Virus record (IMG/VR): IMGVR_UViG_3300021400_000034
Location: 160,001-224,000 of that record
Direction: 5' to 3' (one strand)
DNA length: 64,000 bases
Origin: a virus
Lineage: Duplodnaviria; Caudoviricetes
Numbering within the stretch: the stretch's first letter is position 1; every line of letters begins with the position of its first letter. The notes below the pieces were generated by a model, which made no database searches, had not been told where the DNA came from, and saw only the letters and a program-made list of their open reading frames with translations. The translations under genes and the position numbers were made by a program. Shown here piece by piece: positions 53,928 through 62,625 of the stretch.

Positions 53928-56030
53928 GTGATGCCTACAGGTATAATTCCAAATACTGACATAGAATTGAATCTTCTCTCTGGAGCACACTGGTCTAGAA
54001 CGACTATCGCGGACGGTAAGTGGCTGAACAGCAACACGATTCAGCCGCTCTTCAACAACGACTGCATTCTCGCTAGCGCAATCCACGACACATCAGCGGA
54101 TCTATACAACCGCATCGAGGAGTCTTCAGGCTATCTTCAGAATGAAGTAGACAAGATCAACGACGAGATCGACACTATCAACGCAGGCAGCGACGTGATT
54201 GACGTGGTCGGATCTTATCAGCAGCTCATAGAGTATACGGGCTGGACGACTGACAATGACGTCATCAAAGTCCTCAACGACGAGAGTGAAGGACACTCTG
54301 GAAATCAGACCTACTGGCGATATGTCGACCCGACACTAGAATCTGGTACTCTTCATCCTGACTCAGCTAACTGGGTTTATCTCGGCGATCTGTCTCCTTA
54401 CTATAACAAGACGACGATCGATGCGATGTCGGCATATCTCTACAACTACACGACTACTGCAAGCGGAAACCTGCACCAAGAGATAACTAACACGAGCGCA
54501 ATCCTACATCAGGAGATCTTAACTTCTGCCACGAACTTGCAGAATGACATCGACTACGTCTCTGGTCAGGCTGACTACAGCGCCGCTTACCTCTATAGTC
54601 TGATTCACGACACGTCGGGTAAGACTGAAGTATCTGGCGGAAAGTATGTTCAGGTGACTAAGCTTCCGCAGAAACCGGACGGAATGATCACTTACTCTGC
54701 TGATCTCAATGAGAACCAGATGGTCAACCTAGAAGCTAGCGGAGAACATCTCAAGATAGTCAACTCTGGAAACACATCGACGTTCGTCTGCGACGCATCT
54801 CAGATCTTGGCCGCGCCAGATGGAGTCAATATTCCAATTGATCTATTCATTAAGCCAGACAGAAGCGGCTATGACATCACAGGAAGTGGTATCACAGGAA
54901 GTGGTATCTCGGGATTCATTCCGTCTATTCCGCCTAAGACAGCAACTGGAATTGACAGACTAGTTCTCGGAAAAGACGGATCCGATACCGGAAGCAACTT
55001 CGGATGGATAGAAGCTGATCTAATATCGAAAACACTGCGTGAAGAGAATGGTGGTGCAATAGTTTCAACCGATAGACAACACGAATTAGATTTTGAAATT
55101 GCTACGTATCGATACTCTCCACTAAATCCTCTACAAGTCAGTGTATATACAACCGATGATAGCGGCAATAAGACGAATTATGGAAAATTGATTCCGCCTC
55201 CTCTGTATCCTCAGGATCCTGACTACATGAAGAGGGAGTACTTAGAAAAAAGTATTCGTATCAACAATGTAGGAAGAGTCGAATTAACCGAAGATCCGAT
55301 AAACTATCTTGAACATACACAGGATCAAGGCGATATAAGGCATCATAACGTCCATCTGTGTGGATATTACGGTGCAGCTAACGATCCACTTTACAGTAAA
55401 GATAAGACAGTCGAGGGTGATGCATTCGGCGTATCAGCAGACAATGGGTTCAGAGGCACTTACCTATCTTGGGCAGTGTGGCCTTCGAACAACAGTGAGG
55501 TAGAAGCTGGAGCATATCGAAAAGCCTCAAATCCGGCCGGATCAGTAGAATTTGTGAATAACGTTCAGGACTTCACTCAAAACGGGTCGATGTATCTCTG
55601 GTCAAAGAAGATACCTACTCTTTATATTCACGTCTCTAGAAATGGCGGAACTGGCGGATATAGAGTGAACAAGTTGATTGAGCTCCCTAAGGATCCTAGA
55701 AATGGTACAAAATATCCAAAGTTCGTTCACGGATCCGGAATGTTCAAAGTAGGAGATTCTAGAGAGATTCACATTATTCCCGGAAAGGCTCCTTATGAAG
55801 AAAATGGATATAATTATCTCAATTCTATTGACCACGTGCAGAACTACAACTGCTCTGGCTTCGTCTCTAACGAATGGAATCATATCTCATTCGACTTCAG
55901 CAGAACATCTGCTTGGTCTGAAACGGAACCAAACTATGAGTCAGACCTGAGATATATCGCGGTCAAGGGAAGGGATAACTCAGACTCTGAGATCACGGTC
56001 GAGAACTTGAGACTTCTCTGCTGGTACTAG
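53928..56030 (+). CDS. Putative fibre/whisker-like virion protein
   Basis: Late promoter, coiled-coil repeats in N-half, compositionally distinct C-half, next to neck genes. Confidence 0.55.
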   Translation: MMPTGIIPNTDIELNLLSGAHWSRTTIADGKWLNSNTIQPLFNNDCILASAIHDTSADLYNRIEESSGYLQNEVDKINDEIDTINAGSDVIDVVGSYQQLIEYTGWTTDNDVIKVLNDESEGHSGNQTYWRYVDPTLESGTLHPDSANWVYLGDLSPYYNKTTIDAMSAYLYNYTTTASGNLHQEITNTSAILHQEILTSATNLQNDIDYVSGQADYSAAYLYSLIHDTSGKTEVSGGKYVQVTKLPQKPDGMITYSADLNENQMVNLEASGEHLKIVNSGNTSTFVCDASQILAAPDGVNIPIDLFIKPDRSGYDITGSGITGSGISGFIPSIPPKTATGIDRLVLGKDGSDTGSNFGWIEADLISKTLREENGGAIVSTDRQHELDFEIATYRYSPLNPLQVSVYTTDDSGNKTNYGKLIPPPLYPQDPDYMKREYLEKSIRINNVGRVELTEDPINYLEHTQDQGDIRHHNVHLCGYYGAANDPLYSKDKTVEGDAFGVSADNGFRGTYLSWAVWPSNNSEVEAGAYRKASNPAGSVEFVNNVQDFTQNGSMYLWSKKIPTLYIHVSRNGGTGGYRVNKLIELPKDPRNGTKYPKFVHGSGMFKVGDSREIHIIPGKAPYEENGYNYLNSIDHVQNYNCSGFVSNEWNHISFDFSRTSAWSETEPNYESDLRYIAVKGRDNSDSEITVENLRLLCWY
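54876..54905 (+). repeat. 15-bp direct tandem repeat
   Basis: ATCACAGGAAGTGGT x2 (ITGSG). Confidence 0.9.
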
Positions 56031-57344
56031 CTAAGCGTAGACCTTAGCTAGGTCTTCCATATTCAGAAGATCAGTGTAGCCGACGTTGTACTCGTGGAGA
56101 TAGTTGACAATGTCCAAGTCTCTGCTAGTCTTGAAGCTGCTCATCGCGTAAGCTCCAGAGTAGATGTTCTCTCCGATCAAGATCGCAGAAGACATAGACG
56201 GCGGATCTGGAGTCTCATCCATGTTCATGACGTACTCATCAGTCTCAGACGGCTCTATAGGCAGTCTGACGTCTTTCACGTAGACGCCGTCCCTCTCGAA
56301 GTGCAGATCACTGAGCATCTCGTCGATGCTGTAGTACGTCGGCTTCACTGGAAGTCCGTTCCATGCGATCTTCAATGCTTCTACCTTCGTCTTAGCGTAC
56401 TTGAAGATAGGAATCTGCATAGGATCACCTGTCCAGACTGCTTTAGCGATCCCGACGATGTGTCCAGTCAGATTCAAGCAGTCTGTCGTAGGCTTCACGT
56501 TGCTCGGGTTTACGAACAGCTTGAGTCCGTTCTCGATAGCGTTAGCATAGTAGTCTAGCTCGCGAATCTTTCCATTCATGAACGAAGTGCACATCTTCTC
56601 GTAGTCTGGCTTGATGATCCAGTCGTTCGCTTTCGTGCAGTACAGCTTCATCTTCTCTGTGAACGTGCGGTAGTATGATCCAGCAGACTCGACTGATGCG
56701 CAAAGCTCGGTCTGGTCTAGAACGCAGTCGAACATCGCCTTGAGCTGATTGAGCAGATCGAACACACCCCAACGCTTCAGGCTGTCTAGATAGTATCTCA
56801 GCCACTTGTAGACCGCATCGACCTTTCTCTGAAGCCAGCGGAGCCACTTGTTGACTTGCGCCATGAAGTCTTGGAACAGACCAGTGATCGCAGACAGCGT
56901 CAAGTCTAGCGAGACGCCAGAGCATATCTGCCTCTTGAACTCCTTGAAGTCCTGTACTATCTGATACAGCTCTCGCTGAACGTTAGAGTAGCGGTCTTTT
57001 CCGTCAAGCTTGAACAGACCTCTCACAGCCTTCGAGAAGATGGAGTCAGGATTGAGAAGATAGTTAGTGAAGAAGTCGCACTTGAACAGATCCTTACACA
57101 TCTTAGAGTCTGAGAAGTCTCGAATCCACAATGAGCTCATGGACTTCATCAGCGATGTTATCGAAGCAGCGATGATCTTCAAGACTGGGTTCAGAACCTC
57201 TCTCACAGTCACTAGCGCTAGCTTCACGATTCCGTAGATCAAGTCAAGAATCTTGTCTGCTGCAGCCTGAGTGACCTCTAGGGCAGTCTTGATTGTCACG
57301 AAAGTCTGGTAGATGTAAGTGCAGATGATAGTGGAGACGTTCAT
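56031..57344 (-). CDS. Hypothetical helical protein
   Basis: 437-aa ORF with native codon usage exactly filling the gap between flanking genes. Confidence 0.8.
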   Translation of the reverse strand: MNVSTIICTYIYQTFVTIKTALEVTQAAADKILDLIYGIVKLALVTVREVLNPVLKIIAASITSLMKSMSSLWIRDFSDSKMCKDLFKCDFFTNYLLNPDSIFSKAVRGLFKLDGKDRYSNVQRELYQIVQDFKEFKRQICSGVSLDLTLSAITGLFQDFMAQVNKWLRWLQRKVDAVYKWLRYYLDSLKRWGVFDLLNQLKAMFDCVLDQTELCASVESAGSYYRTFTEKMKLYCTKANDWIIKPDYEKMCTSFMNGKIRELDYYANAIENGLKLFVNPSNVKPTTDCLNLTGHIVGIAKAVWTGDPMQIPIFKYAKTKVEALKIAWNGLPVKPTYYSIDEMLSDLHFERDGVYVKDVRLPIEPSETDEYVMNMDETPDPPSMSSAILIGENIYSGAYAMSSFKTSRDLDIVNYLHEYNVGYTDLLNMEDLAKVYA

Positions 57345-57351
57345 ATCAGAA

Positions 57352-57359
57352 TATATATA
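57352..57359. promoter_or_regulatory. Palindromic, probably bidirectional promoter element
   Basis: TATATATA within the 19 bp separating divergent ATGs. Confidence 0.5.
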
Positions 57360-57363
57360 CTAT

Positions 57364-58188
57364 ATGTACTCAGACTTTCAGGAAGAGTTCAATCGCTTGT
57401 GGGGTGATGGCGGATGCACCGTCAGCGGATGGGACTGGAACAAGCCTATGCCCTACGACAGCACAGACAAAGACAGCTGCTACGCTAACGAAGCAGCATT
57501 TCTCTCCTCGCTGACATCTGAAGCGTACAACATGTACGGCTTCGAGGTCGACTACTACATCAAGCAGATCTCGACGAAGAGAGATCGTCTGCTCGGCGAG
57601 GATCCGCTCGAGAACATCGTCCGCAGGTTCAAGCTGTCCGTCTACACTGACAGCATTCCCAACCTGCAGAAGCAGTATCAGATCCAAGGCATGCTATATG
57701 ACGAGGTTTTCGAGATACAGGCGACCATAGCCCACTTCAGAGAAGCTAGCCAGTATGACTACGAGAGAACCGAGATCAAGTACGAGGAGTACAAGCCGAA
57801 GATAGGCGACATCATCTACTTCCAGTATAACGACAAGTACTACGAAGTGATAAACGTGAAGGAGTTCAAGGACGGCACTGCTTTCCTTGGCACTCCGATC
57901 ACTTATACGTTCACTCTGAGAATCTGGAAGAACAACCACGAAGACGTGGACGTCATGAACCAGAATGACGACGACATGCCTATCGAGGACTTCACTGCCC
58001 TGGCTGAGTCGTTCGACATCGAGAACAAGACCTCCGAAGTGGCTTCTTCTGGAGACATTTTGGCGGTAAACGACTACGTAAAAGGCGAAGATCCGGGACT
58101 TCAGCGCTATGTTCCCAAAGACGAGCCTCCTGAGATCTGCAAACAGAAGAGAAAATCAGACCCGTTCGACCCGTTTGACGGCTGGTAG
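57364..58188 (+). CDS. gp14: Neck protein
   Basis: EAYNMYGFEVDYY, DRLLGEDPL, PKIGDIIYF, YEVINV, DPF ending. Confidence 0.85.
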   Translation: MYSDFQEEFNRLWGDGGCTVSGWDWNKPMPYDSTDKDSCYANEAAFLSSLTSEAYNMYGFEVDYYIKQISTKRDRLLGEDPLENIVRRFKLSVYTDSIPNLQKQYQIQGMLYDEVFEIQATIAHFREASQYDYERTEIKYEEYKPKIGDIIYFQYNDKYYEVINVKEFKDGTAFLGTPITYTFTLRIWKNNHEDVDVMNQNDDDMPIEDFTALAESFDIENKTSEVASSGDILAVNDYVKGEDPGLQRYVPKDEPPEICKQKRKSDPFDPFDGW

Positions 58189-58196
58189 TATAAATA
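58189..58196 (+). promoter_or_regulatory. Late promoter
   Basis: TATAAATA. Confidence 0.75.
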
Positions 58197-58220
58197 ACTA
58201 GAACATAAGAGGTGAAAACC

Positions 58221-58634
58221 ATGAAATGGAAAGAATTCCTTAACAAGGTCAACGAAGATCAGAACTACAATCCGGAAGTTTTCGAAGACGAGATCACCGG
58301 CGAAGTTCCGCAGACTGGAAACACTGACGTCTCCACGCCAGCTCCGGTTCAGCAGAAGTCTGAGATGGGCAACCTCATCGAGAAGTACTTCGGCAAGGGC
58401 AACAACGACGCTATCAAGTCTCTCGACGGCTTCTCTAACGACTTCGTCAACGCTATCACGGATTACGTGAACAATGTCTGGGTCGTTCCTGACGACTTCG
58501 TCGGTCGCGATGACGCTCTCGCTCAGTTCAAGAAGAAGGTGAAGGACATCACTGACGCTCGTGTCAACAAGATCGGCACAGCTATTCACGACCTCGGTGT
58601 CCAGCTCCAGAACGCAAAGAACCTAGCTAAGTAA
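58221..58634 (+). CDS. Late protein, possible internal head protein
   Basis: MKWKEFLNKVNE leader, GAGGTG RBS. Confidence 0.7.
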   Translation: MKWKEFLNKVNEDQNYNPEVFEDEITGEVPQTGNTDVSTPAPVQQKSEMGNLIEKYFGKGNNDAIKSLDGFSNDFVNAITDYVNNVWVVPDDFVGRDDALAQFKKKVKDITDARVNKIGTAIHDLGVQLQNAKNLAK

Positions 58635-58656
58635 GTCAAAAGAGTAGAGATCTAAG

Positions 58657-60189
58657 ATGGCAGACAAGAATCGCAAGACTCCCCCAGGTCCTCCAGGTCC
58701 GCCTCACAAAGGACCGCATGGACCGTGGCCTTCGGTGTTTCCGCCAGACGGTCATAGGCCGCCTCATCCGGGCTATCCGCCCAGATGGAACGACACTGAA
58801 CCAGTGATCGGGGTCAGACCTTGGGAGAACTGCTGTGATGGAGAGAGTGAGTGCGTATGCGTCACTTCCGGAGATGTCGTCCGCTGGGACGATATCTCGT
58901 CTGCCGTTGTAGAAAACTCTGCTGCTTGGAATCAAGGCGGCGGAGACGACTCTTGGAAGACATCTGCTGACAACTGGAACTCGACCTATGTCACTGTCGA
59001 AGAGAATTCCGCTTTCTGGACTTCTGCTTACCAGATGGTCGAGAACATCGACTCTGGAAGACTAGAAGATCTCTACAATCTCGTCGCTCAGACGAGCTCC
59101 TTCCTCGAGTCCTACAAGGGACTGCGCTACGTAGCTACGAAGAAAGAAGAGATCCAAGGCTTTGGAACATCTGGATCTCCTCTACAGCTTTCTGAAGACG
59201 TCAGAGCAAGCCTAAGATCCTTGAACAAGCTGATCGTAGACCTCTATGTGAACGCTATCATCGACCCGCAGAAGAGAAAGTGGGTCAGCCAAGATCAGGT
59301 AGATGAGCTCTACTCTTGGATCGAAGATCACGACAAGCTGTTCTGGGAGACTAATCCCAACATCGAGCATGACGGCAGAAGACCTGACGGCGTGTTCGAC
59401 CAGCTAGAGAAGATCTGGAAGATTCTCAAGTCTCACGGCGGCATAGTCTATCGTGCTGGCAAGTGGATCAGCATCGACCACGATGTGATCTCGGTCTCCG
59501 GAATGGATCCAGTCCGCTGGGACAAAGTAGCTGACATAGTCGAGGAGAAAGCTGACTACTGGACTTCGGCATACGAGACTGCATCTGCTGCGCTAGAGAT
59601 CGCAGAGAAAACTGAGGAGAAAATCAAGGGGATCGAAGATGTAGTCGACAACGTATCAGCGAAAGTCGAAAAGATTGACAAGACCCTAAACTCAGTGATC
59701 GACGACATCGACTCTACTTCTGGCAACTGGAATTCAGCCTACGACACGGTCTATGCAAACTCCGCTAACTGGGACTTCGCTTATGAAGTAATAAGCGACT
59801 CTGCCACGACGTGGAACGCTGTAACAGACATCGTATCAGAGAGTGGAGACTACTGGAACGAAGCCTATGACTTGTCTAAGCAGACAGCCGAGACTGTAGA
59901 AGGGCTCGTAGAGACGGTTTCCGACCTGTCTGAGAGCGCTACGCTGTGGAACTCGGCTTATCACATTGTCGAAGATCTAAACAGCTCTGCAGAGCTCTGG
60001 AACAGCACTTACGAGACAGTCAGCATCACATCGGCTGAGCTAGTCGACGCCAAGGACGTCGTTCAAGAGAATTCGGCTTACTGGTCGAGCGGCGGACGAG
60101 AAGAATGGGTTTACGCTAAGAACATGGACTACACCAATTACAGCGCTTATGCTGACCAGAAGAAGATTTATTTCAATTTCTCAAATTAG
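58657..60189 (+). CDS. Trp-repeat coiled-coil virion protein
   Basis: Pro-rich N-terminus; many SAxWNSAY repeats with ~14-aa period. Confidence 0.7.
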   Translation: MADKNRKTPPGPPGPPHKGPHGPWPSVFPPDGHRPPHPGYPPRWNDTEPVIGVRPWENCCDGESECVCVTSGDVVRWDDISSAVVENSAAWNQGGGDDSWKTSADNWNSTYVTVEENSAFWTSAYQMVENIDSGRLEDLYNLVAQTSSFLESYKGLRYVATKKEEIQGFGTSGSPLQLSEDVRASLRSLNKLIVDLYVNAIIDPQKRKWVSQDQVDELYSWIEDHDKLFWETNPNIEHDGRRPDGVFDQLEKIWKILKSHGGIVYRAGKWISIDHDVISVSGMDPVRWDKVADIVEEKADYWTSAYETASAALEIAEKTEEKIKGIEDVVDNVSAKVEKIDKTLNSVIDDIDSTSGNWNSAYDTVYANSANWDFAYEVISDSATTWNAVTDIVSESGDYWNEAYDLSKQTAETVEGLVETVSDLSESATLWNSAYHIVEDLNSSAELWNSTYETVSITSAELVDAKDVVQENSAYWSSGGREEWVYAKNMDYTNYSAYADQKKIYFNFSN

Positions 60190-60214
60190 GATTTAAACAG
60201 GAGCATCGACTAAG

Positions 60215-60640
60215 ATGAAGAATTACGACAAACTACAGGATTTCCTTCTCAACGAGTCTACGGTGTTCGAGAAGAAGGAAGACACGAACCCGCTCTACTA
60301 CATCTGGGCAGTGATCAAGAGCGTCAACGGAAAGACCGAAGAAGAGATCAAGAAAGACCCAGATCTTAAGAAGCTCTTCAAGAAGCTCGACAAGTTCTGC
60401 GACGAATATCCTAAGCAGATCAAGCAGTTGAAGGACCGCTTCACACCGTCCGAGTTCTTGATGTCTTTCAAGGATCAACCTGTCGACGAACAGCGCAAGA
60501 TGGTCGACTACAAGCTCGACGACATGCTCAACTGCATGACTTACGGCATCAAGAGCTTCAACGAATACTCTGAAATTCTCAAGGATTTCAAGGAATTGAA
60601 AGATTCCGAAGAAATGAAGATCGTCATCGCTGGCATCTGA
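60215..60640 (+). CDS. Hypothetical late protein
   Basis: AGGAG RBS; LQDFLLNE leader. Confidence 0.7.
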   Translation: MKNYDKLQDFLLNESTVFEKKEDTNPLYYIWAVIKSVNGKTEEEIKKDPDLKKLFKKLDKFCDEYPKQIKQLKDRFTPSEFLMSFKDQPVDEQRKMVDYKLDDMLNCMTYGIKSFNEYSEILKDFKELKDSEEMKIVIAGI

Positions 60641-60648
60641 TATAAATA
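60641..60648 (+). promoter_or_regulatory. Late promoter
   Basis: TATAAATA. Confidence 0.75.
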
Positions 60649-60679
60649 ATCTAAAAGCAATACTAGAAGGGTGTTATAT

Positions 60680-61606
60680 ATGACTATTAAGAACAAAAAA
60701 GCGCTTCTAAACGAGGATTTTCTGTCGGACGTGAATCAGCCTACCCTTACGGCTGACCAGATCGCCGGCGCCCAGGAAACAACCGAAGGCGATGACGACT
60801 TCGCAGATCTTCTCGGCGGAAGCACTGAGAAAGTCGAAGACACTGAAGACAAACAGGCTGAAGCTACGACAACTCTCGTCGACACTATCGCTTCCCTCAA
60901 GGATGTCATCAACGGCGTGAACGTCGGTCTCCAGAAGCTCTCTGACAAGATCGACGGCATGGGTGCTGCTCCTGCAGCTGAAGCTCCGGCTGAACCTGCA
61001 CCAGAAGCCGCTCCGGCACCGGAAGGTGATGCTGCATCTCAGGACGCTCCTCCCAACATCGATCTCGATCTCGACAACGCTGCTGAAGCTGGTCAGGACG
61101 AGCCCGCTGCTGAAGGTGACGGCACTGCTCCAGCTGATGAAGGCAACGTTGAAGACAAGCCAGCTGAAGGTGGAGAAGAAGCTCAACAGCCAGAATCCAA
61201 CCCGGGCGACGAACAGAAGACTGAAGCCTATCGCGCTAACAAGATGCCTGGCAAGCTGCTCAACAGCAACACTGGCAGCATCATCGGAATCGTCGAGTCT
61301 GGTAAGCTCTACAAGCTTGACGAGCGTCTCATGACTGTCGTCAAGGCTAAGATCCGTGAGCGCATCAACGAAGCTAAGAAGCAGCTCAAGGCTGAACTTC
61401 TCGGCGAAGAGTACAAGCCAGCTGAACCGGTCGTAGAGCCGGCTGAGAAGCAGATCGACGAAAAGAAGGGAACTTCCTTCCTCGAGCAGATCAAGGCTGC
61501 TAAGGCTTGCAAGTCTGGCAAGTGCGACTCAGAAGAGAAGAAGGACGACGAAAAGAAGTCCTGCGACGAAGCTGAGAAGCCAGCAGAAGAGAACAAGGAA
61601 GCCTAA
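60680..61606 (+). CDS. Acidic Ala/Glu/Pro-rich late protein, possible prohead core component
   Basis: Late promoter, multiple (L/I/V)xE sites. Confidence 0.7.
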   Translation: MTIKNKKALLNEDFLSDVNQPTLTADQIAGAQETTEGDDDFADLLGGSTEKVEDTEDKQAEATTTLVDTIASLKDVINGVNVGLQKLSDKIDGMGAAPAAEAPAEPAPEAAPAPEGDAASQDAPPNIDLDLDNAAEAGQDEPAAEGDGTAPADEGNVEDKPAEGGEEAQQPESNPGDEQKTEAYRANKMPGKLLNSNTGSIIGIVESGKLYKLDERLMTVVKAKIRERINEAKKQLKAELLGEEYKPAEPVVEPAEKQIDEKKGTSFLEQIKAAKACKSGKCDSEEKKDDEKKSCDEAEKPAEENKEA

Positions 61607-61609
61607 TCT

Positions 61610-62083
61610 GTGCTGAACGAAACTCAAATGGGTGCGCTTCGCGTACTAGAGGCACTAGAAGGAGAAGAGGATCAGACTGCTTACACGGTCAATCTCTCTA
61701 ATCCAGTGTGCCCTTGTTGCGGAGCCAAACTGATCATTCAGGACGACACAGAACCAGGACAGAACGAAGAGCTGAACACCGACATGATCGATGAGCAGTT
61801 CGCTGATCCAGACGTCATCCTTCCGCTGGTCAGAGAAGCTGCTTCAGACATCGTCGAAGGATATGTTGCTTACGCTAGAGAGTCAATGCTTGACGACCGT
61901 CAGATCGCCAACTCTCTCTGCTATCCGCAGGATCCAGAGCTTAAAGATGCAATTCAGAGAAAGTCAAAGGAGCTGAAGTCTATCTTCTCTAGCGCCTATG
62001 GCTTGCTCGTCAACGAGCAGATCATCGTCCAGGATCTTCGGGACGCGATCAAGAGAATAGTAACAGGCGGTCGAAGATCTTGA
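61610..62083 (+). CDS. Hypothetical protein
   Basis: CPCCG motif, native codons. Confidence 0.7.
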   Translation: MLNETQMGALRVLEALEGEEDQTAYTVNLSNPVCPCCGAKLIIQDDTEPGQNEELNTDMIDEQFADPDVILPLVREAASDIVEGYVAYARESMLDDRQIANSLCYPQDPELKDAIQRKSKELKSIFSSAYGLLVNEQIIVQDLRDAIKRIVTGGRRS

Positions 62084-62084
62084 G

Positions 62085-62092
62085 TATAAATA
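62085..62092 (+). promoter_or_regulatory. Late promoter
   Basis: TATAAATA. Confidence 0.75.
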
Positions 62093-62124
62093 AAAAGATT
62101 TTAACAAACAAAGAGGTTAACCAA

Positions 62125-62535
62125 ATGAAAGACTCTAAAATCACTAAAGAACAGCTTGACGAAGCTATCAAGGTTGCAGAGGCTCACGGCTACAAGGTGG
62201 TCGACGAGTCTGCTGAAGAGACTAAGGACAAGAAGGCTCTGCTCGCAGAGGCCATCGAAGTCGCTAAGGCTCACGGCTACAAGGTCGTGAACGAAGAGGA
62301 CGAAGAAGTTGGCGCTACGGCAGAGACTGAAGAAACCGGTACAGAAGTCACTCCGAAAACCGAAGAGGATGACGGCGAGATCTTCACGATCCAGGTTACC
62401 AAGTCTGAGCTCGAAGCCATCAAGTCTATCCTTGACAAGGTCGAATACGAAGACGACGGTTCCGCTGACGCTGAAGCTGCTGCTGCAGTCGTAAGCGCTA
62501 TGGACGACGAAAACGTCTACGGCTCGATGGACTAA
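62125..62535 (+). CDS. Acidic late protein with internal duplication
   Basis: EAIKVAEAHGYKVVDE / EAIEVAKAHGYKVVNE; GAGG RBS before ATG 62125. Confidence 0.75.
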   Translation: MKDSKITKEQLDEAIKVAEAHGYKVVDESAEETKDKKALLAEAIEVAKAHGYKVVNEEDEEVGATAETEETGTEVTPKTEEDDGEIFTIQVTKSELEAIKSILDKVEYEDDGSADAEAAAAVVSAMDDENVYGSMD

Positions 62536-62554
62536 GTCTGGCTGGTCGAATATA

Positions 62555-62592
62555 AAGCTGAGATCTGGGCTAACCGCTCAGATCCAGTTTTT
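62555..62592 (+). terminator. Intrinsic terminator
   Basis: GATCTGGGC/GCTCAGATC stem plus T-run. Confidence 0.65.
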
Positions 62593-62595
62593 GTG

Positions 62596-62603
62596 TATAA
62601 ATA
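62596..62603 (+). promoter_or_regulatory. Late promoter
   Basis: TATAAATA. Confidence 0.75.
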
Positions 62604-62625
62604 AACTAAGGCATAGAGGAACTAT

